From Asterias rubens (taxonomy: Eukaryota), in NCBI RefSeq assembly GCF_902459465.1, contig NC_047074.1:1674001-1738000 (forward strand): 64,000 nucleotides of DNA, given 5' to 3'. The position numbers were made by a program, and so were the translations under genes. The notes under the pieces are model-generated. The model made no database searches and was not told the DNA's origin. It saw only the letters and a program-made list of their open reading frames with translations. Below, in pieces: positions 47,001 to 57,160 of this stretch. How positions within the stretch are numbered: the stretch's first letter is position 1; each line of letters opens with the position of its first letter.

Positions 47001-47061
47001 GGACAAAGACCAACGAGAAAAAAGTTCCAGCAAGTTGGAAGCTGCTAATGATTTGTTGTAG
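41009..47061 (+). CDS. SLC22-family MFS transporter, paralogue C, 573 aa
   Basis: 9 exons in frame: 41009-41395, 41848-42078, 42850-43046, 43328-43603, 44508-44642, 45179-45264, 45788-45908, 46324-46396, 46846-47061; probable non-coding first exon (donors at ~40111/40203, acceptor ~40977); AATAAA at ~47430. Confidence 0.93.
43633..43965. mobile_element. Kolobok-like MITE, family K2
   Basis: TTAA-AGCCATTGGACACTTTCG...CGAAAGTGTATAATGGCT-ATAA. Confidence 0.8.
44000..44340 (+). mobile_element. Decayed CR1/Jockey-group LINE 3' fragment
   Basis: Frameshifted translation S.FSTFHYSNC...SALVPP / RCRTRSHSKSFIPCTAYLWNSLPQ..NLDCFRRNINSYL matches the ORF2 C-terminal pattern. Confidence 0.7.
44707..44995 (-). 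mobile_element. SINE family S1, near full length
   Basis: Head GGTGTAGTGGCCGAACGG...GGGTTCGAGTCCC; body is the reverse complement of 15440-15731. Confidence 0.8.
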
Positions 47062-47682
47062 ATCAAAGACAAACCAACAGAAGAGACCACACCCAGCTCT
47101 TTGCAGAGACAAAACTTTTCCAAGAAAGATTTAAATGTGGGATCGATTTAACAAAGATAGTACACTAACTTACGGCTAGCGTCCATGAGGTATTCAAAAC
47201 TTAAGGTTATATACATGTAGTAGGACGAGTAACTCGTCCTGACTCGAGATACGACTAGTCTTAACTCTTTGTAAAATCCACCTGTGGTTCAGTATACAGT
47301 TACTTTCCAAGATAAACCAAACTCAATGAGACCTAGCTACATTTACAAATCTAGTAAAGCCAAGACAAGTCAAACTGATTAAAACATCTCAAGTAGCAAG
47401 TCTGATTCAACCAATAGACCTTTTCATCCAATAAAGAAAAAATTTTGAAAAGGTGTCCTATTCACTCAATGGCAACATGCAGTTCCAACCATCGTTTGCT
47501 AAAAGGAACCAGACTATGTACACCCCTCAGCCTCGGTATGGTTACATTGAGATGCATTGTAGAAAACCAAGATGGCCCCTTCAAGTTTGACATGATATGA
47601 CATTTTTGATGGCCAGCCTGCTGTTCTACTACCACACACTCGCCATTATTGCATTACAGTACTACATTTGAAAGAGCATCTC

Positions 47683-47814
47683 GGAAAAGTTTCCGTATGG
47701 CGCCACCACTTTTTCATTCGAAATAAAATAATATAGTATCTAATTTACCTGATTGATATATCCCTTTTTGTAAAAATTAGTAAAAAAGTGGTGGCGCCAT
47801 ACGGAAAGTTATCC
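47683..47814. mobile_element. 132-bp Merlin-like MITE, 8-bp TSD AGCATCTC
   Basis: Inverted, near-identical copy of 22561-22692 with a different 8-bp direct repeat on its flanks. Confidence 0.85.
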
Positions 47815-48165
47815 AGCATCTCATATAAACTCTTCAGAAAAAGATATTTGCAAAAAATCGTTTTCGAAAAAGTAAAAAGAATGGCTAGCAACACGATAAA
47901 GGTATTATGAAGTTCATAAGCAATGTTTTTAAAAAATCTGTTATAAAAAAAGTAGAACATTTTAGTTTTAAAAACTAAATATAGATGATGGTGTCCTGAA
48001 ATATTTGTAACATTGTAAGATGTTTACATAAATGTATTTGCGTTTCTTGATTCGTTGTTCAAACAAACAGTTATAAAGGATTTAATACTTTTAAAGCGAT
48101 AAAGCAAGCAATAAAGATAAGTTGAAATTTGATTACTGGTCACACATTGATTTTATTTACACTGC

Positions 48166-49840
48166 TGATGAGTAGCCATGCCCTCTCTCGGTCAAGGTTT
48201 GCTCAATGGTCTCTGTTCTGAGCCTGATGAGTAGCCATGCCCTCTCTCAGTCAAGGTTTGTTCAATGGTCTCTGTCCCTGAGCCTGATGAGTAGCCATGC
48301 CCTCTCTCAGTCAGGTTTGCTCAATGGTCTCTGTTCCTGAGCCTGACGAGTAGCCATGCCCTCTCTCAGTCAAGGTTTGCTCAATGGTCTCTGTCCCTGA
48401 GCCTGATGAGTAGCCATGCTCTCTCTCAGTCGAGGTTTGCTCAATGGTCTCTGTCCGTGAGCCTGATGAGTAGCCATGCCCTCTCTCAGTCAAGGTTTGC
48501 TCAATGGTCTCTGTCCCTGAGCCTGATGAGTAGCCATGCCCTCTCTCAGTCGAGGTTTGCTCAATGGTCTCTGTCCCTGAGCCCGATGAGTAGCAATGCT
48601 CTCTCTCAGTCAAGGTTTGCTCAATGGTCTCTGTCCCTGAGCCTGATGAGTAGCCATGCCCTCTCTCAGTCAAGGTTAACTCAATGGTCTCTGTCCGTGA
48701 GCCTGATGAGTAGCCATGCCCTCTCTCAGTCAAGGTTTGCTCAATGGTCTCTGTCCCTGAGCCTGATGAGTAGCCATGCCCTCTCTCAGTCGAGGTTTGC
48801 TCAATGGTCTCTGTCCCTGAGCCCGATGAGTAGCCATGCTCTCTCTCAGTCAAGGTTTGCTCAATGGTCTCTGTCCCTGAGCCTGATGAGTAGCCATGCC
48901 CTCTCTCAGTCAAGGTTAACTCAATGGTCTCTGTCCCTGAGCCTGATGAGTAGCCATGCCCTCTCTCAGTCAGGTTTGCTCAATGGTCTCTGTTCCTGAG
49001 CCTGATGAGTAGCCATGCCCTCTCTCAGTCAAGGTTTGCTCAATGGTCCCTGTCCCTGAGCCTGATGAGTAGCCATGCTCTCTCTCAGTCGAGGTTTGCT
49101 CAATGGCCTCTGTCCCTGAGCCTGATGAGTAGCCATGCTCTCTCTCAGTCGAGGTTTGCTCAATGGTCTCTGTCCCTGAGCCTGATGAGTAGCCATGCCC
49201 TCTCTCAGTCAAGGTTAACTCAATGGTCTCTGTCCCTGAGCCTGATGAGTAGCCATGCCCTCTCTCAGTCAGGTTTGCTCAATGGTCTCTGTTCCTGAGC
49301 CTGATGAGTAGCCATGCCCTCTCTCAGTCAAGGTTTGCTCAATGGTCCCTGTCCCTGAGCCTGATGAGTAGCCATGCTCTCTCTCAGTCGAGGTTTGCTC
49401 AATGGCCTCTGTCCCTGAGCCTGATGAGTAGCCATGCTCTCTCTCAGTCGAGGTTTGCTCAATGGTCTCTGTCCCTGAGCCTGATGAGTAGCCATGCCCT
49501 CTCTCACTCAAGGTTTGCTCAATGGTCTCTGTCCCTGAGCCTGATGAGTAGCCATGCTCTCTCTCAGTCAAGGTTTGCTCAATGGTCTCTGTCCCTGAGC
49601 CTGATGAGTAGCCATGCCCTCTCTCAGTCAGGTTTGCTCAATGGTCTCTGTCCCTGAGCCTGATGAGTAGCCATGCCCTCTCTCAGTAAAGGTTTGCTCA
49701 ATGGTCTCTGTCCCTGAGCCTGATGAGTAGCCATGCTCTCTCTCAGTCAAGGTTTGCTCAATGGTCTCTGTCCCTGAGCCTGATGAGTAGCCATGCTCTC
49801 TCTCAGTCAAGGTTTGCTCAAAGGTCTCTGTCCCTGAACC
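48166..49840. repeat. 60-bp tandem array, ~28 copies, with higher-order structure
   Basis: Unit TGATGAGTAGCCATGCCCTCTCTCAGTCAAGGTTTGCTCAATGGTCTCTGTCCCTGAGCC; recurrent 59-bp variant units. Confidence 0.97.
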
Positions 49841-52143
49841 TCGTGTTCATTTATATGGACCCCTGCTCGAGCCCGGACCGGAAGCCTTCACTATGGGTAG
49901 ATTAGGTTTTACAGTCCATACCCTACCTACTGTAATTTGGGGTGCCCCCTACCCCCCCCCCCTAGCCTAGGTTGGACTCCTCCGTTGTGGCACTGACTGA
50001 CGTCCCACCGAAGCTAGGTAACCCCCCCCCCCCACGTCTTAAACCAAAATGTCTTCATTTTCTTCTCTACAAATGAGTTGGTGTGATGTTTCCATAAGAT
50101 GCTTTGCAGTCCATCGAATCCAGATTCAGATTTACCACATAAATCGAGCACCAAATGTTTTGAATTTACTGAATTACTGTACCTTTCCTCTGTTACAACC
50201 ATTGGTAATGGGCTCGTTTTTGTACTACGGTCAATGACGGTACCCTGCTCCCATAGTAACAAAGCAGTGCATGAATTCATAGCAGCAGGCCGGTGTCGCA
50301 TGCAATTGTGTCCTCTATGCAATACCATGCGGATGACATTATTGCATATGCAATAATCGCTGGACGGTTTTGCATATGCTATCGTGTCCGCCCGGACGCT
50401 GCTGCATAATGCAATTGTTTCCGCCTGCTGGACACATTTAAATATAAATGCAGTTGTGTCCGCCCCGTGCAAAATCGTCCTTGAAATTAAACGCCCTTGG
50501 TCGACGGAACATGGCGGACTGACACCGGTGCTTGTCTAAAGAGCCTAGGACAAGACTACCCTGCTCCACACAGTGATAAAAGTTATAGGAAACTGAAGAC
50601 TCACAAAAGCAAGATGCAGAAACTCCTGCAAAATACTTGTGTGATAAAGCATGATAGAATATTATCAGGACTTCACTTTCAATGAAAAGGAGAACAATAT
50701 AATTAGTTGTTACCTGAAATTGTCGACAATAACAAATCCAAAGAATGTGCTTGGACCATGCTTGCTGTTTCAAGCTGTCTAAGAAATGGCGCCTGACTAC
50801 AAGGGCGCCACCACTTGTCTGAAAAAAGTACATTAAACGAAATGAATGTCTTCTCTTATTGAGAGTCGGGAAACCGAACTCTTACGAAAACTGCCGCCGA
50901 CCCACCCCCTCCCCTCCGCCCGACCCTGCCCCTCCCCAAGCACATCCCCAAAAAGAGAATTCTTAAGAGGACAACACATAAATATCAATAATGATGTCAA
51001 GATTTTCTCAAAAATGGCTAATGACAGCAAATGCAACAATACACAACAAAAATGACAAAAGCGTGGCCTTGCATAATTACAAGTGCAGTGTATTTTCTAT
51101 TTACATTGACAACTAAGCACTAGATGGTAAGTGAAGAAATTTAACCTTCAAACGCCCCCAAAATATTCACGCAGAAATAGATTACTTTACCATTACTACC
51201 AACATTTTGGACACTAATTCAAACACTTGGCATTTATTTAAGTAATAATTTTCAAGTTGTACACAAAAGAGTAAATAAAAGCTTGATAATTAACTATGTT
51301 GTCAGTGTATCGTTCCCATATAAATGAAAATGTGTACAAGAAAACTAACTTGAGAAAATTTCATTTCAAAAGGTGGTATCGGTTTTTTTTTAATAGTTTT
51401 ATTTTATTTTAGATATCACCGCATATCTGGAGTGACGTTTCTCAAATTGGAATTCCTCTTTCTTTAAAACACAATTCCTTAGAAGGGTACCGTTCTTCAA
51501 CATTGATATTTTCAACATTGCAGTGCTTCCTATCCAAAATTATCTTATAAAGCCTTTACAATGAGTAATTACCAAAGGTATACCCTCATCCCTCTAAAGA
51601 TTAGTATACAACATTTAAGTTAAGTCGCTAAAGCAAAGTCGTCATTTCTAATACAAAATTGAACCATTAGACCAGGGCACAATTTCACAATGCTGCTTTT
51701 AAACAATACAAATAATTTTTATTGCTTAATAATTCTCTAAAAGCAAACTAAACAGGATACCATGAAAGTATTATGCCATGTGCGACATTATTGTGGCCGG
51801 TAACGTTACTCTGGTAAGCATCATTTTGTTGCGCTTATAGCTTATTTTTCTGCTTAGCAGCTCTATGAAATTTTGCCATGGAGTTTAATGTTAATAATAA
51901 CACTAAACTCACAACAGGGTGCAACATTTTGTACAACATTTTGCACAATACAGATTATTACTATTAATTTTTGTGCATACCTAATTTTTAAAAGTTGTTT
52001 AATCTTTAGACCGCCATCTTTGATATCAACCAATGGAAACGTGTACGCGCTACGCACGACTCTCAGCCAATGAAAGCTCTTCATTGACACCAAATAGGGC
52101 TCGTGACGACATGATGCGCAAGGGGTCTATAGCCGGAATATTT

Positions 52144-53946
52144 CTATTTTCCAGTGTAGTAGCAGTAGCTGATGTTAAGCCTACCGCCGTCCATAATTTT
52201 ATAAGGGTGCCATCCTTGTGAAGCAAAACCCTCCCAGCTTTCTTGATCCCATGCGAAGTATTCCTGAGTCGCAATCATGCCTTGGACGGTCTGGCACTGC
52301 TCCGGGTTATACGGGAACAGGTAGAAAGGATTCTGAGTAGGCAAGCTGATCGGCTGGGATACGTCACCATCGGTCATGCAGCAGTAGTAGATGAGGGCAT
52401 TCTGGCCGTACACTCCCTCTGGTACGGTGCCGCTCTTGTAATTGTCGTTGTCATCGTCCTCATCATCCCAAGAAATCGAACCAGACAACATACCTGTAAT
52501 GCAACAATGCCTATTGTTAGCAGTCAAAAAGATTATTATATTATGTCAGTGTGCAAGCAGATGGAAACCTTTCATTAATTATTTTGGTCATCATTAAAGA
52601 TGCAAGAGTAAACTTTTGCCGGCTTTCTTCCCCAAATGTTGATTTAACTTTTTAAATAGCTTTAAAGAGTTATAATGAGCTTTCGTGAACTGCACGAAGA
52701 ATGAAATTATTATTTTTAGCCACGTAAAATTATGTGTAATTTGAATTGAGTGACCAGTCCGCAGTGTGTTATACACAAGAGTAGGCCTACCATCTGATGT
52801 CAACAGTAGTTTTTTGTTTCAATGGAAAATATTCCAGGTCAAAAACTAACACAGAGATCCGAAAAAAAGAAAAAAAAATCTCTCTTGGATTAAAAGGAGG
52901 ATGGTAAGAGAAAGGTTAAATTCTTCAAGAAATTTTGCTTACTCGATAAGTTCTTGAATCTATCGAGAAGCTAATATTTACTTACCATTCGGGCAGTTGT
53001 CTCCGGCTCTGAATACGCAGTAGCTACCAGCTGGCCAGTCGTAGGTCCCGGTGATTTCTGTCTTCATGCAGAAATGCTGCTTCATGTAGCTGACACCATA
53101 CGAACCCTGCTGGAAATGTAGAATGGGTGACCATTCATTTGTACCTTCATCGTCGGTGTGATGATAGCGATAACCAGTTTGCCAGGTGAATCCCTCGCCA
53201 CGAGTCGGGCAGCCCGTGTTGGTCTCAGGTAAACCGTACGTCCCTATCGGCCAGCCAGGACTTGCTGAAATAAACAAAATAACAACAAAGAAATAAAACC
53301 AAGTTATTTTTATTGCTGCGATCGAAATATTCACCAATGCGCCAAACCGGGAACCCATTAAAAGATAGGTTAGTGAGTGTGGGAGGCGAGGGGAGGGGAA
53401 GGTGGGGGTGGGGGTGGGGGGGGGGGGGGGTCGGGTTGTGTATGGGGCAAGGAATTCCATGGAAAAGACAATACAATATTTTTCGTCAATGATGATAACT
53501 ATTTGGAAAGGATGACGTTTTAACAAAAGGGATCCAACTGGCGTGACAACCAGAAAGGACGAAAAGAAAAAAATAGTAATATTGAAATGGATAGAAGTAA
53601 ACCAATAGGTAGGAGCTGTTATAGAAAATTGAAATGTCTTACGCGTGGCCGTCGTGAAATGGGTCGTCGTCACACTAATTGTAGTGGTTGGGTTGGTCTC
53701 ATCTTTCTCACTCGTCATACTGATTTCAGTCGTCGAGCTCGCTGGTACTGTGACGGTTGGCACCACTGACTTCTTGCGACATTTTGCTTTAAAATTCGCC
53801 ATCATGTTGTTTAAACTCGCTAAATAGTCATCTTGACTTGAAACGGTTACCATGACTCCGCATTGCTCAGCCCCGATGCAACACATAAACGAACAGAGTG
53901 TCAAACACAGAAGCAACTTAAGTGCCGAAACAAATAAAGTTTTCAT
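52144..53946 (-). CDS. Apextrin-like secreted protein with a single ApeC domain (no MACPF), 310 aa
   Basis: 3 exons: 53643-53946, 52986-53264, 52144-52493 (933 nt). Signal-peptide-like MKTLFVSALKLLLCLTLCSFMCCIGA, Thr/Ser-rich linker, then WPIGTYGLP...GCP, FCMK, WPAGSYC, WDDED..N, VPEGVY, IYYCC..DG, LPT..PF.L, CQTV.G, HP, YCYY with 8 Cys. Confidence 0.88.
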
Positions 53947-54473
53947 AATTGCTTTAGGAACGCTCAGGAGTGGTGCAAGCCCAACACCAGCGATCAAATT
54001 TCCTTGAATGCCCGTTCTGTCTTGGAACTTCAAATTCTGGTGTACATTTGCAAGCAGCGCCACTCACACTCTGCAAGTCCCCGACGCAATACACACGGAC
54101 ATAGTCCTCATATCATTTGAAGACGTGTATACCAGCAGGATTCGTTGTAATACAACTCTCCACCACTTAAATCCCCATTGTTACCAGAGATTATAATAAT
54201 GCCACTTAACTTAATTGGCAGGAAAAGAAAGATCTATGTTTGTATGGAGTAAAGGCCATCCAAGCTTAAAAATTGGGTCGACTCTGTTTTTCTCCTTTTT
54301 AATTTCAAGAGGGGGAAAAGGTAAAATACAACAAATAATTACAAGCAGTAACACTTTGTTGAGTTATAAACAATTAATTGAAATGTGTTTTCAACTATTA
54401 TTAGGTAACCACAAGGACAAATAAAAATCTAAAATAATTTTGTTAACGCATTGTCGCAGTGCATACTACCTGA

Positions 54474-55267
54474 AGACTGGGGTGCTCCAAAAGGAAGTGT
54501 GTGTACAAAGATGGAATGATGTTAATTATAACCATGGAGGTTCTACGTAGTTCTACCTCAATGATTATACAAGGACAACAAAGGAAGAAACAGTTCGTCT
54601 CCACAGGGATTTTAACAGAATAGATTGTGTGAAATGCTAGTATTGAGACCGGTCGAAACTTCCTGCAAGTGCAAAGCAAATTTTAACTTCACTAACGAAT
54701 TCGCAAAAGTATAATTCGCTATAGCTGGCCTTTGTTCTACTCCTGCGAAAAACTCGCTGCGAAAACAGCCTTGTGATGTCAAAAATTGGTTTGCGTCCGT
54801 GGGAAGTTTGAACCAGGCTTTACTCTCTGAAGGAAGGGGATGGCAAACAGTTACAACTTAAATTAAAATTAATGTTTAAACTAGTAACTAGACAGTATAG
54901 GGGTAGGGACACTGAAAAACACCAAAGAAGTATTGATTGTCTCAAAAATGACAGTTCCAAACCATTATTTATATTGATCTAACTGACTGCAAAACGAATT
55001 AACTCAAGATATTTGTATTGTTTTCGATTCAAATTTAAAACAATAAATCAAAGTTACTCTGAAAAAAAAACCCTTTTCAAGATGTTTTCATACATACATA
55101 CATGTAACAAGACATTACAATACATGTCATGGTTTTGTTCATATGCCATGATGTGGCCTAGCCTTGTTTGTAATTGTCGAAGTAATGCCTAATGTCACCT
55201 CTGGATATTGTTTTGTTTACATTTTCTCTGCGCCTTGAACGTCTTTTAAGATGGATATGGCACATTA
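54474..55267 (+). repeat. Left arm of ~800-bp inverted duplication
   Basis: Reverse complement of 57455-58261 over its whole length, with scattered substitutions and one ~13-bp indel. Confidence 0.92.
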
Positions 55268-56137
55268 TGTGCCAGTTCCCCAATTTGCCCTTTCGGCACT
55301 CTATGATGATTTCATGGTCATAATTAAGCTCGTGATGTAAGACGCAACCTCGAACTGGACTCGAAATCGCTTTACTGGTGCACAGGAACTAAATACAATG
55401 TCAAAATCGATATTGTAGATCTTAATTACATCTGTACAGTTTTTTTTCTTGGGGGGGGGGGGGGGGGGGGGCTGAATTATGTAGGCCGCCTATAAGACCT
55501 TGACTTTTGAAATGTGTAGATTGGCGCATATTTCCACGTTACAGGTAGACTGTTTTAAGGCACTGTGGACACTTTCCCCCTACTGGTAATTATAACTGTT
55601 AGCGTAATTAATGTTACTTTGTGAACGAGCAATGGAGAGCTGTTTGACGAGTAGGGCTTGTGGGAATCGGCTCCCTCTGATGAAGTAACGTAGTTTTTGA
55701 GAAAGAGGTAATTCTCATCCAAAATTAAAAGGAGCTTTCAGGCCTGTGGACTCTTTGCATCTGAAAACACACAAATTGGGTAACAATAAGGTATTTTTTT
55801 CTTTTCTTTCATCCCTTGCACTTCGATTATCAATTTTGTCTGTATATAGAAAGGTTTCCGGTATAGCTATCTCTAATGAGTTGGGGTGGTTCTGAAAAGA
55901 ACCGTTGGTTTCAAATCAACGTGTTTTTTTTTTCTTCTTTTTTTTCGAAATGCTCATGTTATTTTATGAGGATGTCGGTCGGTGCACTGTTGGCCGTACT
56001 TATGACATTAGTGTAAGGTGCCTTTAACCATCGAGTTTCAATAATACCAACAACTCATTTTTTTTTTTTACAGTACTCAAAGCAACGTTTGCCTATATGC
56101 CCGAGTCAAAAAGGAGAAGGGAGTTGCATGAATCAAA

Positions 56138-56320
56138 GGCCCTTTTCGAAACCACGGCTTCCTCCACGGCAGATCCGGCTTGTGAGGCTCCGTTCTCTCG
56201 TCTGAAGCCCTGAGCACGTATACGCAAGCACGCGCAATTATTGTCAAAACACCGCCGGCGCCTGCATGCTAGTAGCCTGAGCCGAATCCAAAAGCCGAAG
56301 GCGTCGTTTCGAAAAGGACC
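56138..56320. mobile_element. MITE family H2
   Basis: GGCCCTTTTCGAAAC...GTTTCGAAAAGGACC; similar to 26110-26276. Confidence 0.75.
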
Positions 56321-56939
56321 ATTAAACATTCTTACACCTTTCTATATGAGGGTCTGCCGATTATCAAAATTAAAAAACAAAGTCTAGATTATCAGAATGG
56401 AAAGGCCAGCTGTTGTGTTGTTGTTGCTGCGGCTGTTTGCGGCTTTTGTTGCTGTTTCTTTTTTTCCCGTTATTCCCTTTTTTTTTAAGATAATAAAGTT
56501 TTTATCTGATATGCTACAAAAGCTGTTGCTGATCAGTATAGTTTGCATCGCAGCCGTAGGAAACAATTTTAATTGGTTTAAAGATAATATATAAATAAAT
56601 ATGCGTGATGGCGCAAATTTTTGATATAATATCAGTCATACACATTGGTCAGCCCATAACCCATGTATTCTTTAATATCACAAGTCAAATCGGGGTGCCA
56701 CATCGAACATGGCTCACTAAAATAAAACTCTACAAGCATCTTTTGTGTACAAAATCAACGTCTTGTCACTAATGAAACATAATATTAAGCTTCTTATACA
56801 CACGCAGAATCTATTCCCACAATTTAGAACATTTTTTGAGATGTTTCGTCATAAGGTATTTATGAGAAAATCGTTTGTCTCTGACCATGAACTCCGAAGG
56901 TCAGTGCAAAAGAGCCAAGTAAACATTGCAATCACCATG

Positions 56940-57160
56940 AACTTGATTATGCTGGTGGCTGTCACGCATGAGTCACTTGTTTAGGATGACGTCATATCAT
57001 CCCAGGATGAATATCGTCTGGTGACCCTCTCACTGCATTATCTTTTGCGAATAACATTACGAAGGGTGCCTGTCTATTTCCCTGGACGTGGATGTGCGTA
57101 TTAACAAAAATAGCATACACACGTACAACACATACAGAAATCTGGCAGCAGAAAAGAAGA
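56940..57160 (+). promoter_or_regulatory. Candidate WDFY proximal promoter / 5' UTR
   Basis: TGAGTCA (AP-1-like) at ~56970 and TGACGTCA (CRE) at ~56987 within 200 bp of the ATG; TSS not determinable. Confidence 0.35.

Noticed and set aside
10227-47061. SGPL1 plus SLC22 cluster as a metabolic gene cluster (phosphoethanolamine/sphingolipid export)
   Set aside because: Adjacency is the only evidence; animal genomes rarely have such clusters. Would need conserved synteny and co-expression.
23100-48100. A fourth SLC22 paralogue or SLC22 pseudogene
   Set aside because: All SLC22-like exons seen were assigned to three complete genes with intact frames; no leftover exons found.
48311-49905. Repeat ORFs (TERGHGYSSG... 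/ MSSHALSQSR...) as proteins
   Set aside because: No in-frame start or acceptor upstream; 59-bp units break both frames; openness follows from a stop-free 60-bp unit. Kept only as a lead.
52978-54063. 361-aa ORF as a single-exon gene
   Set aside because: Starts at GTG and reads through an intron (53265-53642) containing a poly-C/G run; the spliced 3-exon model from ATG 53946 gives a clean signal peptide plus ApeC protein.
54074-54086. NF-kB-like site (GGGGACTTGC, minus) upstream of the ApeC gene
   Set aside because: Imperfect match of a kind expected by chance.
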